64,000 nucleotides of DNA from Acidimicrobiia bacterium (GCA_031406385.1 JANOHI010000012.1:7110-71109), one strand, 5' to 3'; shown: positions 53,231-63,587, numbered from the stretch's first letter. The notes: generated from the letters alone by a model not told the origin. Numbers and translations: made by a program.

Positions 53231-54697
53231 TCAGGTGCTCCGACGAAGGTGCAGCCACAGCGAACGGATCGCCCCGAGCCCGATCGGGGCGAGTGAGACG
53301 CCGTCGATGTCTTTGGGCATGCGGTCCACGTCGATGCGCATCTCGTAGCCCCGTCGGGCCATCGTCTCGGAGAGAACCTTCGAACCGACCACCGTCTCCT
53401 GCTGGGAGATCCACGCGCCGGGACACAGGTGCGGGCCGACACCGAACGCCATATGACTGGCGCGGCCGTCCTTGCGGTACCCGCTGCGCAGGATCTTGCC
53501 GGTGTAGAGATCGCGTCGGCTGATGTCGAATCGCTCCGGTTCAGCGAATACGCGATCGTCGTGGTTGGCGGAGAAGTCGACCATCTGCATCAGTGAGCCG
53601 GCCGGGACCCGCACGCCGTGCATCTCGAGATCGAAGCTGTTGTGACGGGGTTGGCCTCCGATCGACGACGAGTGTCGAAGCATCTCGTGGAACGCCGCGT
53701 CCCACAGAGATTCGTCAGCGCGCAGACCTTCGTATTGATCGAGATTGGTGAGCAGGAGATACCACAGGTTCATGATCGCACCCCGGGTCGTCTCCCCACC
53801 GCCACCGACGATGAGCGCGATGTTGGACGTGATCTCCTCGGTTGACAGCAGATCTCCGTCGACCCGGCTGGCACAGAGCTCGGAGATGATGTCGGGGCCG
53901 ATCGGGTCGCCGTTGTCGTCGAGAAGCATCGTCGGACGCGCCCGACGTTCGGCGACAAGGCTCTCGACGAAGTCCTCAAGGTCTTGACGGGCCTCGATAC
54001 CGCGGTGCGCCGACTCGGAGCCGCCGAGGCCGTTCATCATCGACGAGTACCAGTAGAAGAACTGCGAACGTGCCTCGTCCGGAAAGCCGAGCACCTGGCA
54101 GACAACGCGGATCGGGAACTCGTTGGCAAAACCGGCGCCCAGCTCGACGGAGAACTCGCGCGTCGAGTCGTTGGGGTCGGCCGGCACGACCGCTCCATCG
54201 GGCGCCGTGCCGGAGGTCCAGGTGTCGATCATCTCAGCGGCCAGGCGTTCGATGACGCCAAGTCGGCGGTCCAGTGCTTTGCCGATGAGGTGGCGTCCAT
54301 AGAGGTTGCGGCGACGGCGATGCTCGATCCCCGAGAGCTCCAACTGCGTGTTCCCGAGCACACCCGAAGACATGCCCTTCGGAATCGTGTTGAACCCTTC
54401 CTCGTCCATGTAGCACGCCGTGATGTCGTCGTAGCGGGTGACCCAGTAGGCGTTGTGCAGGGGATCGTGGAAGACCGGATAGTGATCGCGCAAGATCCGG
54501 TAGTACGGGTACGGGTTGCGCTGGAACTCCGCGGAGTCGAAGATCCGGGGATCAACGAGTGGGACGCCGTTCGCATCGGTGCCCATGTCACACGGCTGCC
54601 CCAGGGGCATGAGGGGGAACTGCACGCGGGTGTCGGAAAACGCGTCGTCGAGGCCGAGGGCGTCGTCGAGGACGTTGCGGAACGGGCATGCACTCAT
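53231..54697 (-). CDS. cytochrome P450
   Basis: 488 aa with the heme-binding block MAFGVGPHLCPGAWIS. Confidence 0.9.
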   Translation of the reverse strand: MSACPFRNVLDDALGLDDAFSDTRVQFPLMPLGQPCDMGTDANGVPLVDPRIFDSAEFQRNPYPYYRILRDHYPVFHDPLHNAYWVTRYDDITACYMDEEGFNTIPKGMSSGVLGNTQLELSGIEHRRRRNLYGRHLIGKALDRRLGVIERLAAEMIDTWTSGTAPDGAVVPADPNDSTREFSVELGAGFANEFPIRVVCQVLGFPDEARSQFFYWYSSMMNGLGGSESAHRGIEARQDLEDFVESLVAERRARPTMLLDDNGDPIGPDIISELCASRVDGDLLSTEEITSNIALIVGGGGETTRGAIMNLWYLLLTNLDQYEGLRADESLWDAAFHEMLRHSSSIGGQPRHNSFDLEMHGVRVPAGSLMQMVDFSANHDDRVFAEPERFDISRRDLYTGKILRSGYRKDGRASHMAFGVGPHLCPGAWISQQETVVGSKVLSETMARRGYEMRIDVDRMPKDIDGVSLAPIGLGAIRSLWLHLRRST

Positions 54698-54833
54698 CGT
54701 TGTCTCCTTGGTCGATCTCGCTTATGCGCTCGGGGTCGCCGCCCAGCAGGGCGGGCGGGACACCGGCCGGGCCCGGTTCACGAGGTCGCCTGAACGGTCC
54801 AGTAGTTCTGGCGCCGCAACAGGCCAAGACGGT

Positions 54834-56372
54834 TCATGAGCTCGCCTCGACGGTCCAGTAGGGCGCTCGCAATGCTCGCTTGTTGACCTTGCCCATGGTC
54901 GTACGGCCGATGTCGTCGACGAACTCGACACTGCGCGGACACTTGAACGTGGAGAGGCGCTCGCGGCAGAACGCCACGAGCTCCGATGCCGGCGGCGGGT
55001 TGGCCGGATCGCGCAGCACCACCAACGCCTTGAGCTCCTCGCCCATCTCGTGGTGCGGCACACCGATGCAGGCGACGTCGAGCACGGCCGGATGTTCGGC
55101 CAGAACGTGCTCGGCTTCGGCGGGATAGATGTTCACCCCACCGGAGACGACCATGTCGCTGAAACGATCGGTGATGTAGACAAACCCGTCGGGGTCGACG
55201 TAGCCGATCTCGCCGAGCGTGAACACACCGGGTTCGATGTGAGCGGCAGCGCTCTTGGCTGGATCGTTCGGGTACACCACGCCGCGTCCGGTGGCGTCGG
55301 CGAAGAACAGCCGCCCTTCGGTGTTCGGAGGGAGGAGCTTGCCGTCGTCGTCATACACCCGGGCACTGAACGGCGGGATGCACCTTCCGACGGAACCCGG
55401 GTGTATGAGCCACTCGGTGCTGGAGATCGAACAGGTCGTGCCGACTTCGGTTGCGCCGTATGCGTCGGTGAAGACGGGTCCCCACCACTCGATCATCGAA
55501 CGCTTCACGTCGATCGGACACTTCGCTCCGGTGTGGGCGACGCTCTTCATCGACGACACGTCGTAGCGTGCCTTCACGTCGTCGGGCAGCGCGAGCAGGC
55601 GGACGAAATGCGTCGGCACCATCACCGCGCTCTCGGTCTGGTAGGTGTCGATGACGCGGAGTGTTTCTTCGGCGTCGAACTTCGCCAGGATGACCGAGGG
55701 GATGCCAGCGACGAGCAACCGCATGCCGCTCAGAGGACCGGTGTGATACATCGGCCCGACGACCAGATGCGTGCCGAACTGGGCGAAGCGATTGGCGCGA
55801 AGTCCGTCGAGGTGCTCGGCCATCGTGGCACCGCCGGCGAACATCGTGGGCGGCAGTTCGGTGCCCTTGGGGAGCCCCGTGGTGCCCGACGTGTAGAGCA
55901 GGTTCGGGCGCGGTGCGATGTCGAGCGACGGTGCGCCCGTCGGGGAAGCGGCGAGCCACTCGTCCCAGTCGAGTACGCCGGCGACACCACCGCAGCGCCA
56001 GCCGATGATCGTCTCCACCCCGGCCTGCGCGGCAGCCGCCACGCCGCGCTCCACCGTTTCCGGTCCGACGAAAAGCACCTTCGTCTGGGAGTCCGCCAAG
56101 ATGTAGGCCGCCTCGTCGGCGGTGAGATGAAAGTTGACGGGGACGGTCGATGCTCCGCCGAGCAGCGCGCCGAGATGAGCGAGTGCAGTTTGGGCAGCGT
56201 TCTCAGCGAACACGGACACCCGTTTGGCCGGGCCCAGGTCGATCCGCGCGAGGCCGTTGGCCACGCGGTCCAAGGCGTCGTCGACATCGGCCCACGTCAT
56301 CGCCACGAGGGGATCCCGGAGCGCGATCTCGTCGGGGCGTTCCTCAGCCAGGCGTTGGGCAAACAGCGGCAT
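54834..56372 (-). CDS. acyl-CoA synthetase / AMP-dependent ligase
   Basis: The start is ATG at 56372 (MPLFAQRL). It carries the AMP-binding motif LLYTSGTTGLPKGT and the later YGATE and GEIGYVDPDGFVYITDR blocks. Confidence 0.9.
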   Translation of the reverse strand: MPLFAQRLAEERPDEIALRDPLVAMTWADVDDALDRVANGLARIDLGPAKRVSVFAENAAQTALAHLGALLGGASTVPVNFHLTADEAAYILADSQTKVLFVGPETVERGVAAAAQAGVETIIGWRCGGVAGVLDWDEWLAASPTGAPSLDIAPRPNLLYTSGTTGLPKGTELPPTMFAGGATMAEHLDGLRANRFAQFGTHLVVGPMYHTGPLSGMRLLVAGIPSVILAKFDAEETLRVIDTYQTESAVMVPTHFVRLLALPDDVKARYDVSSMKSVAHTGAKCPIDVKRSMIEWWGPVFTDAYGATEVGTTCSISSTEWLIHPGSVGRCIPPFSARVYDDDGKLLPPNTEGRLFFADATGRGVVYPNDPAKSAAAHIEPGVFTLGEIGYVDPDGFVYITDRFSDMVVSGGVNIYPAEAEHVLAEHPAVLDVACIGVPHHEMGEELKALVVLRDPANPPPASELVAFCRERLSTFKCPRSVEFVDDIGRTTMGKVNKRALRAPYWTVEASS

Positions 56373-56401
56373 TGGGGCGTGGTCCCTGGTTCTCGTAGTG
56401 C

Positions 56402-56854
56402 TTACGCCGACGGGGCCGCGGGCGCGGCGGTATTGAGGAACCGGGCGGAGAGGTCCGGTGGTCCCTGGTAGTGCGGGAACAATTGACGGCTGGTGAACAG
56501 CCAGTCTCCGTCGACGCACGCATAGGTGTCCTGGTAATGCGCCAGCAGGATCCCCGGCGTTCCGTCGGCCCGGAGGAAGTGTTCGCCGATGTACCAGCGG
56601 CCGGTCGCGGTGAGGCCGTGGACTTTGACTTCGCCGTTGTAGACGTTCTGCACGACCGCCGTCATTCCGGTCATGGCTTTGGTCCACAAGCTGACGATTG
56701 CGTCTCGACCGACCACGTCGCGGTCGGCGGACAGGATCCACCGTGACTCGAGGGCCCAGCAGTTCCCCCACTGCTCACCGTCGCGGTGCACCACTGCGTC
56801 GGCGTAGCGATGGACCAATTCGGCGATGGCTTCTCTTGTTGTGGGCTCACTCAT
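56402..56854 (-). CDS. SnoaL-like / NTF2-fold family protein
   Basis: 150 aa. REAIAELVHRYADAVVHRDGEQW...DTYACVDGDWLFTSR is typical of the SnoaL_4-type pattern. Confidence 0.8.
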   Translation of the reverse strand: MSEPTTREAIAELVHRYADAVVHRDGEQWGNCWALESRWILSADRDVVGRDAIVSLWTKAMTGMTAVVQNVYNGEVKVHGLTATGRWYIGEHFLRADGTPGILLAHYQDTYACVDGDWLFTSRQLFPHYQGPPDLSARFLNTAAPAAPSA

Positions 56855-56990
56855 GATCCAACCCCAAACAAAACCGGCGAAACATCAACAAGCACTGTGG
56901 GCTCACTCATGATCCGGCCCCCAAACAAATCGGCGAAACATCAACAAGCACGGTGGGCTCACTCATGGTGGGTTCTCCTGTCGGAATCTG
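56841..56990 (-). repeat. 56-bp tandem triplication that includes the start codon of the SnoaL-like gene
   Basis: GTGGGCTCACTCAT (the reverse complement of ATGAGTGAGCCCAC) recurs at 56841, 56897 and 56953. Only the most upstream copy is preceded by AGGAGA. Confidence 0.85.
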
Positions 56991-57104
56991 CTGAACGGTG
57001 CGATCGTAGGAGACGGGCGCAGGAATTGATCAATCGGTAGATTCCGTGTCCTATCGCCTGCCGAGGTCGTTCCGCGCCCTTGAACCGACCACCCGAGGAG
57101 CCCC

Positions 57105-58190
57105 ATGTCCATCCCCCTCCAATCCACCGATATCGCTCCCGGATGGCTCAACGAGGTGCTCGCCGGACGTGACGATGTCGGGACGATCGCTGGCGTCCGC
57201 GTCGAGAACCTCGGCGAAGGCGTCGGCATCCTTGGCGAGGTCGCCCGGATCCACCTCACCTACGATCCCGGCCAGACCGGCCCCGCCACCATGGTGGCGA
57301 AGTGCCAATCGCTCTTTCCGGCCAACGTGTTCGTGAGCCAGATGATGGGCTTCTATGTGCGCGAAGTGAACTTCTACAACGATCTTGCGCCTTCGCTCTC
57401 GCTGCGGGTCCCCCATTGCTTCCATGCATCAGCGGACCCCTCGGGCGCCCCGTTCGTGATCCTGATGGAAGAGGTCACTGGCGCACGGATGATCGACCAG
57501 ATCGTCGGCGCGACGCTCGACGATTGCGAGCGCATCGTCGACATCGGTGCCACCCTGCACGCCACGTTCTGGGAGAAGCCCGAGCTCTACGCCATGGAGT
57601 GGCTTCCACCGTGGAACAACCCGGCGTACAAGGGCGCCAAGGAGTTGGTCGAGTCGAAGATCGGTGCGTTCGAAGACCGGTGGGCAGCCAAGCTGCCGGC
57701 CGAAACGATGGCTTGGGCGAACGAGCTCACGGCGCGCTATCCCGACATGCTTGATTGGTGGGTCGAGCGGGGCAACGTCACCCTGACCCACACCGATTTC
57801 CGGGCCGACAACTTCCTGTTCGGCGGTTCGGCCGGCGACGGTGTCGTGACGATGCTCGACTTCCAGATCATGACCCGCCATGTCGGCGTGTGGGACGTCG
57901 CCAACTTCCTCGGGATGTCGGTCACCCCGGAGCATCGCCGCGAGTGGCAGGACGGCCTGCTGCAGCGGTATCACGCGGCGCTCGTCACCCAGGGGGTCAC
58001 CGGGTATTCGTTGGAGCGTTGCGTCGAGGACTACCGCTTCTGCACGCTGCAGCAGGCCTGGGCCCAGATCGCCATCAGTGACGCCGACCCGGGGAACGAA
58101 CGCGGTCGGACCCTGCTCGACGCCATGATCACCCGATCGTTCGAAAGCGCTCAGGACAACGCTGCCGGCGAGCTCTTCGACCACCTGTAG
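57105..58190 (+). CDS. phosphotransferase (APH/choline-kinase-like, DUF1679/EcKL type) family protein
   Basis: LTHTDFRADNFLFGG (Brenner/catalytic loop) and VTMLDFQ are present. Confidence 0.85.
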   Translation: MSIPLQSTDIAPGWLNEVLAGRDDVGTIAGVRVENLGEGVGILGEVARIHLTYDPGQTGPATMVAKCQSLFPANVFVSQMMGFYVREVNFYNDLAPSLSLRVPHCFHASADPSGAPFVILMEEVTGARMIDQIVGATLDDCERIVDIGATLHATFWEKPELYAMEWLPPWNNPAYKGAKELVESKIGAFEDRWAAKLPAETMAWANELTARYPDMLDWWVERGNVTLTHTDFRADNFLFGGSAGDGVVTMLDFQIMTRHVGVWDVANFLGMSVTPEHRREWQDGLLQRYHAALVTQGVTGYSLERCVEDYRFCTLQQAWAQIAISDADPGNERGRTLLDAMITRSFESAQDNAAGELFDHL

Positions 58191-58285
58191 AGCGACCCCC
58201 ACAACGCCTCGCCGCCGCTCTCGGCGTCGACATCGGCTGAAACCCGCCCCCATTTCGCTCGGTTATGTAAGACGGGTGGGTTAAC

Positions 58286-58549
58286 ATGTACTACATGCCC
58301 GACAAGACGGTCACTCGGTCCGTGCGCCTCGATGAGCAGACGAACAACAGTCTCGAAGCGCTGGCTGCCGGCGCCGAGATGACGGTATCGGAATACATCC
58401 GCTGGGCCATCACCGAGCTCGCGCTGCGAGAGCCCCGAGTGACCGGCCGTCGACGTGCGCTCGCCGCGCTCGCGCTGCTCCCAACGCCGGATGACCCTGA
58501 TGCCGAGCGCGAGCAGATGTGGGGACACGGTTCGCGTGTTCCTCGTTGA
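58286..58549 (+). CDS. vapB: ribbon-helix-helix antitoxin (VapB-like)
   Basis: VTRSVRLDEQTNNSLEALAAGAEMTVSEYIRWAI has an RHH pattern. It overlaps the PIN gene, and the short palindrome CATGTAcTACATG (58285-58297) spans its ATG. Confidence 0.65.
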   Translation: MYYMPDKTVTRSVRLDEQTNNSLEALAAGAEMTVSEYIRWAITELALREPRVTGRRRALAALALLPTPDDPDAEREQMWGHGSRVPR

Positions 58550-58937
58550 CACCTCGGTCTTCACACGGATTCGGAGGCCGACGATTTCCGCGGCGCTCGA
58601 ACCGCTTCTGTCGTTCGACATTCGCTATTCGGCACTCACCGCATTGGAAGTTCGGCATTCGGCGAGCAGCAGCGACGAATGGCATGCGTTCGCAGACGCG
58701 CTGGCCGAGTTCACCCGTGAGCCTCCCGCAGCCGAGGACTTCGACCGAGCCGACGATGTGCAGCGGATGCTGGCCGGTGCCGGTCTGAAGGGCCGCAAGC
58801 CCGTCGATCTCATCATCGCCGCGCAGGCCGAACGGCTCCGTTTGGTAGTCGTCCACTACGACCACGACTTCGAGCTCATCGCCAGGGTCACCGGCCAGGT
58901 CCACGAGTGGATCGTCCCGCGCGGAACCGTCGACTGA
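58536..58937 (+). CDS. vapC: PIN-domain toxin (VapC-like)
   Basis: VFLVDTSVF... ...DLIIAAQAERLRLVVVHYDHDFELIA shows the PIN acidic residues. A GTG start is proposed and earlier in-frame ATGs exist. Confidence 0.75.
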   Translation: MFLVDTSVFTRIRRPTISAALEPLLSFDIRYSALTALEVRHSASSSDEWHAFADALAEFTREPPAAEDFDRADDVQRMLAGAGLKGRKPVDLIIAAQAERLRLVVVHYDHDFELIARVTGQVHEWIVPRGTVD

Positions 58938-59050
58938 TCGACCCACCGCCGAGCTCGACGTCCGCACGTGGATCGTCCGCTCGACCTTCGGTATCTCGGT
59001 TGCTCTCCCAGCGACCGAGACTCCGAGACCTACCTCGGTGCGACCGGTCG

Positions 59051-60364
59051 ATGCGTCAGGTCGGGAGTACGGGTCACGAAGCCTCCATCAGTAGCGTGCC
59101 CCTCGTGTCTGTGACAACACCCCTCGGCGGTCCTCGCAAGTTCTTCTACGGATGGGTGATCGTCGGCGCGGTGTTCGTGCAGCTGATGTTCGCCGCCGGC
59201 CTCACGTTCTACGGGCTGCCGCTGTTTCTCAACACGCTCACCAAACAGCGCGGGTTCTCGGTGTTCGAGGTTTCGCTGGCAACATCGGCCTTTTGGGTCG
59301 CGTCCGGTTTCACCGGTGTGGTGGTCGCCCGGCTGCTCGCCCGTTTCGATCCGCGGCTGTTCGTCGTTGTCGGCGCCGCCGTTGCGTCCATCTGCATGGT
59401 GCTCATCGGCCACCTCACGAAGCTGTGGCAGCTCTATCCCGTCTATGCGCTCTTCGGCGCGGGCTTCACGTGTACCGCCGTGCTCGTTGCCAACACCGTG
59501 ATCACCCGCTGGTTCCATCGACGCCGCTCGGTTGCGCTGTCGATCGCCACGACGGGCCTATCCGTCGGCGGCATCGCCCTCACCCCGATCGCCGCCCGCC
59601 TGCTCAAGGACCACAGCCTTCCATCGGCAATGACAACCATCGCGGTCGTGTTCTTCCTCGGCGTCGTAGTGATCCCCGTGCTCGCGCTCCGGCCGGACCC
59701 GGCCCGGATGGGTCTTGCTCCCGACGGTGATCCGGTCGTCGTATCGACGACGGCCACCGTCGCTCCCGGATTCCCATTTGGTGACGCGATTCGGTCTCTC
59801 GCCTTCACCGCCATTACCGGTTCGTTCGCTCTCGGTCTTCTCGGACAGGTCGGCGGGATCTCCCAACTCGTGAAGTTGGCGAACGAGCGGGCGGGCGAGT
59901 CGACCGGCACCAAGGTCGTGAGCCTTCTGGCCGCGTGCAGCGTCATCGGTCGCCTCGCCGGTGGAGCGATCGTGACCCGCTTCTCCAGCTATCGCTTTGC
60001 CATATGCGCGCTGTCGATTCAATCGTCAGGCCTCGCCGCGCTCGCCTTCGCCCAATCGTCAACGAGCATTTACCTCGGCGCAGTGCTCTTCGGGCTCGGC
60101 GTCGGGAATGTGCTGCTCCTCCATCCGCTGCTCCTCGCCGAGGTCTTCGGCGTACGCGACTATGCACGGATCTATGGCCGCTCGGCGATCTTCATCGCCG
60201 CTGGCAACGCCATCGGCCCCCTCTCCATGGGGTGGCTCCGCGACAACGGCGGCGGGTACCGCACCGCGTACCTGATGGCCGCCGGACTCAACCTCGTCGG
60301 CCTGGCGATCTACGCCACCCGCGGCGCATCAGCCCCGGAGGTTCTGCGACAACGCGTCGCGTGA
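59051..60364 (+). CDS. MFS transporter (OFA-like)
   Basis: It is predicted to have about 12 TM segments. It carries KFFYGWVIVGAVFVQLM and an MFS loop RLLARFDPR. The start is ATG 59051, and a GTG alternative lies downstream. Confidence 0.85.
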   Translation: MRQVGSTGHEASISSVPLVSVTTPLGGPRKFFYGWVIVGAVFVQLMFAAGLTFYGLPLFLNTLTKQRGFSVFEVSLATSAFWVASGFTGVVVARLLARFDPRLFVVVGAAVASICMVLIGHLTKLWQLYPVYALFGAGFTCTAVLVANTVITRWFHRRRSVALSIATTGLSVGGIALTPIAARLLKDHSLPSAMTTIAVVFFLGVVVIPVLALRPDPARMGLAPDGDPVVVSTTATVAPGFPFGDAIRSLAFTAITGSFALGLLGQVGGISQLVKLANERAGESTGTKVVSLLAACSVIGRLAGGAIVTRFSSYRFAICALSIQSSGLAALAFAQSSTSIYLGAVLFGLGVGNVLLLHPLLLAEVFGVRDYARIYGRSAIFIAAGNAIGPLSMGWLRDNGGGYRTAYLMAAGLNLVGLAIYATRGASAPEVLRQRVA

Positions 60365-60517
60365 TCTAGGTCCATCTTCGCAAAAGTTCCTCTCACGTCG
60401 ACATGCTCCGATTCCTTGTGCTTCGTGCACTGTACGAAGGATCGAAGGGAAAGGAACTTCCGACTCAGTGCACTAGGGCCGCATGTCGGGCCGGCGCCGA
60501 AATCCACTGCGCAGGTT

Positions 60518-61135
60518 CTACGCCACGTGGGCGCGTCCTTCGAAGGTCCAGCCGAAGGGCTTGGGTTCTTTCGGGTGCTGGAACGTCGACATGGTGTCGA
60601 TCACGAAACCGGCGTCCGTGATGAGGGCGGGAATGTCACGAGTGAGATGGCATCCGCCGAAGAGGACCTTGCTCACGGGTTCGATGCGACCCTGACGCCG
60701 CAGCACCTTTGGATCAGGAGAGAGCCCGTGCTCGACGAAGTGCAAGACGCCGTCGGGCTTGAGGATCCGACGGATCTCGGCGAGCGCGGCAGCGACGTCT
60801 GGGATCGAGCAGAGCGTCCAGGTAGACAGGACAGCGTCGGCCGAGCTACCTGGGAGATCGATGCGTTCGCCGTTGAGACCGGCGTGATGGACGTTCGCAT
60901 GGCCAGACTCGATGCGGTCCGCCGCTTTGGCGACGGAGCGGGCGAGTGGCTCGACGGCATGGACGGTATGCACGCCGGCCGGGTAGTGCGGGACGTTCAG
61001 GCCTGATCCGAACCCGATCTCGACGACCGTACCTTCGAGGTCGGCACACACACGGGTTCGGATCTCGCGGTTCTCTTCGGAGCTCATGGCGGCGTTCATG
61101 ATGTGCGGGAGGATTCGGGAGCGGTAGATGCCCAT
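60518..61135 (-). CDS. class I SAM-dependent methyltransferase
   Basis: It carries motif I VVEIGFGSGLN and the post-II LKPDGVLHFVEH. Confidence 0.85.
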   Translation of the reverse strand: MGIYRSRILPHIMNAAMSSEENREIRTRVCADLEGTVVEIGFGSGLNVPHYPAGVHTVHAVEPLARSVAKAADRIESGHANVHHAGLNGERIDLPGSSADAVLSTWTLCSIPDVAAALAEIRRILKPDGVLHFVEHGLSPDPKVLRRQGRIEPVSKVLFGGCHLTRDIPALITDAGFVIDTMSTFQHPKEPKPFGWTFEGRAHVA

Positions 61136-61381
61136 GCTGGCAGTTTGCGCCGATGCGAGGTCCAGCGCAACCGGAGCATCCCGAGAACTTCCGAATGCAC
61201 CGGCCGAACACGACCAGCCAACCCAGATGAGACGGCATCCGCCGAAGATCCTGGGACTTTCGACAAAACCGCGCGGCGAAAATGAACTGTCTGGGATGGC
61301 GATCGGGGCGGTCTGGGATGCCTGGTCCCCCTGCGGTGCGACCGGAGGGGCGCAGTAGTTGCGGGGTCGGACGGGGGGTTG

Positions 61382-61786
61382 CTACTGGCGCGGCGGCCAC
61401 CACTCGGCAATATGGGCGGCGAAGCGCTGGGCGTACTTGGCCGTGAGCTCGTCGGCATCGGCCGGCACATCCTGCGACGCGGTGGGCGGCAGGGTCGACG
61501 CGCCCTGGATCGGGTCGACCCATTCGAGGCGCATGGCCTCGATGCACCCACCGAGTGCCGGTGACGCTATCTCGTGGTGGTCACTTGTCTGGTGGTTGAT
61601 GAAGTCGAGGAAGCTGTCGAAGGCGAGGACCGTGTAGTACGTGCGAGGTTCGCTTCCGCGCCAGTATCCGTAGGCGCGCAGATGAGGTTCGGTGGCGTGC
61701 GACGCCGCATGAAGTGTTTGCGCGATCGTTTCGAATTCGGCTTCCTTGCCGGCCCTGATGGTGATGTGGGCGAGGATCGTGGCCAT
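61382..61786 (-). CDS. antibiotic biosynthesis monooxygenase (ABM) domain protein
   Basis: ILAHITIRAGKEAEFETIAQTL...EPHLRAYGYWR..YYTVLAFDSFLDFINH is a ferredoxin-like ABM pattern. Confidence 0.8.
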   Translation of the reverse strand: MATILAHITIRAGKEAEFETIAQTLHAASHATEPHLRAYGYWRGSEPRTYYTVLAFDSFLDFINHQTSDHHEIASPALGGCIEAMRLEWVDPIQGASTLPPTASQDVPADADELTAKYAQRFAAHIAEWWPPRQ

Positions 61787-61889
61787 GTGTTAACTCACTT
61801 TCGTTGTGCCGGGCGTGCGGGAGAAAGCACGTGCGGCGGAGCGAACGCCAGGTTGACGTGCGGGCAGGACATGAGATCCACCGTTTCCG

Positions 61890-62354
61890 TCAGCCCCGGC
61901 CGACGAAACCCCACTCGCCCATGATCTCTACCTCGGTGGCACTTCGAGCGGCAAGGAGTGCTGCACCGCGATCCGCAAGTTCGCCGTGACCACCGCCCAA
62001 CGCCGCTTCGATCGCACACGAGAATGCTTCGCCAGCAAGGCTGTAGACCTTGGCGACATCATCGAGGTGGAGGCTCTGATGCGGACCCGCTTCGAGAGCG
62101 GCGAGGGCAGCGCTGATCGCCGACGTGCCGGGAGCGGCGGCGAGTGTGTCCCGGGCGAACGTTTCCATCGAGATCGTTTCCCCGCGCATCCATGCGATCT
62201 CGTGCGCCGCGCGGGTGGCGACGTTGCGGAGGATGTTCTCCAACATCTGCACGCTTACTTTCCCGGCATCTGACTGCACCTCAGGACCGATGACCTCAAG
62301 TAGCTCGCGTCGGCAGTCGAGGATGATCTGGGCAGTGGTGGGAAGAGCGATCAC
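61890..62354 (-). CDS. hypothetical protein downstream of the APH-type kinase (start uncertain)
   Basis: It is an open frame with good GC3. GTG 62354 is proposed, and the longest ORF (62525) would overlap the kinase 3' end by 89 nt. I recognise no motif. Confidence 0.45.
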   Translation of the reverse strand: MIALPTTAQIILDCRRELLEVIGPEVQSDAGKVSVQMLENILRNVATRAAHEIAWMRGETISMETFARDTLAAAPGTSAISAALAALEAGPHQSLHLDDVAKVYSLAGEAFSCAIEAALGGGHGELADRGAALLAARSATEVEIMGEWGFVGRG

Positions 62355-62436
62355 GGGTTGACTCCCGGGGTGGCGAGATGACCGGTGTTGCGAGCAGTGA
62401 AGCGAAGCGAAGCAGCGCAGCGCAATCGGCTTTCCA

Positions 62437-63537
62437 TCACTGCGCACCTCCCGCTGAGGACGCGAGCTGTTCGTGCATGGCCCGCAACGCGTCAATCGGT
62501 TCGGCCAGCGCACTACAGGCGGCAAGGAAGTTCATGTGCCCGACGGTCGCCGCGTTGATGTTGTACGTCGTCAGCACACCTCCCGTCTTCCCCTCCGCCA
62601 TTGTCGACATGGCCTGCACGATCTGGCTGAACACCTTCACCGCCGAGACCACCGAGAAGTAGCCGACGGTCGCCTGGTTGACGTGGAGTTCTGACGTTCC
62701 GGTCTTCTCCCGGTATCGGGCGAGGAAGCCCTCCGGATCAGCACCGTAGAGCTGCGGGCCGGAAGCGGCCGAGTAGGTCACGTACCAGCCGAGGTCTTCG
62801 CGGGGGTCGCCGATGTGGGCGTACTCCCAGTCGATGAGGCGGTGGCCGCCGTCGGACGGGTCGATCAGGATGTTGGCTGGTTGCAGGTCGCCGTGCTGAA
62901 GCACGAGAGGCATCGGCGGCGGGCGGTGTGCGTCGAGCCATGCGGCCAGGTACCGCATTGTCGGGTTCGACTCGGCAAGGAGCCTCTCGTTGTCCGCCCA
63001 CGAGCGGTTCACGCTCGACATGTAGGCATCCCAATCCGCCGGACGCTCGAGTACGGACGGGAGTGCGTCGAGATCGACCTTCGGCACCGTGGCAATGGTG
63101 TCGACGAATGCGTCGCGGATCGCCGTGAACCGAGCGTCGTCGGGTGCCGCCCCTTCGGCGACGAGCGCGTTGAGCTCGGCTTGCAGCGAGGGGCCGGCAC
63201 AGAACTCGAGCACGATGGCCTTGGTGCCGAGGTGCTCACCCGTGCCGTCGTAGTGCAGTGCAGCGGGCATCGGGATCGACGGCTGACTGGAGAGGCTTTG
63301 CAGAACAGCCCACTCGGTGTCGCGGTCGGTGACCAGCATGGTCTTGTCGGGCGGCGGGTCGCCGCGAAGGACCAGCGTTTGCACAACGCCGTCGCTCCAC
63401 TCGACTTCGGCGCGCGCCATGATCCGGCTATAGCCACCGGTCATCAACGCATAAGAACGCACCGTTGCCGTCCGTCCAGTCCGTTGGGCGTTGAGGAACG
63501 CCGATACCCGGGCGGGCATGGCTTCGAGATCATGCAT
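62437..63537 (-). CDS. phosphotransferase (aminoglycoside phosphotransferase/APH) family protein
   Basis: LVLQHGDLQPANILID and LIDWEYAHIGDPREDLGW are the catalytic and Mg-binding loops. Confidence 0.85.
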   Translation of the reverse strand: MHDLEAMPARVSAFLNAQRTGRTATVRSYALMTGGYSRIMARAEVEWSDGVVQTLVLRGDPPPDKTMLVTDRDTEWAVLQSLSSQPSIPMPAALHYDGTGEHLGTKAIVLEFCAGPSLQAELNALVAEGAAPDDARFTAIRDAFVDTIATVPKVDLDALPSVLERPADWDAYMSSVNRSWADNERLLAESNPTMRYLAAWLDAHRPPPMPLVLQHGDLQPANILIDPSDGGHRLIDWEYAHIGDPREDLGWYVTYSAASGPQLYGADPEGFLARYREKTGTSELHVNQATVGYFSVVSAVKVFSQIVQAMSTMAEGKTGGVLTTYNINAATVGHMNFLAACSALAEPIDALRAMHEQLASSAGGAQ

Positions 63538-63587
63538 GCGGTGTTCCGTTCATGCGCTCGCTTGAGCCAGAGCTGAAAGTGCCGACC

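Noticed and set aside
60425-60473. A long inverted repeat GTGCACTG ... CAGTGCAC, with an inner TTCGT/ACGAA pair nearby. It lies between the convergent MFS and methyltransferase genes and is a possible bidirectional terminator or small RNA.
   Set aside because: There is no U-tract on either strand, and the interior pairing is weak by eye. I could not support a specific call without folding energies.
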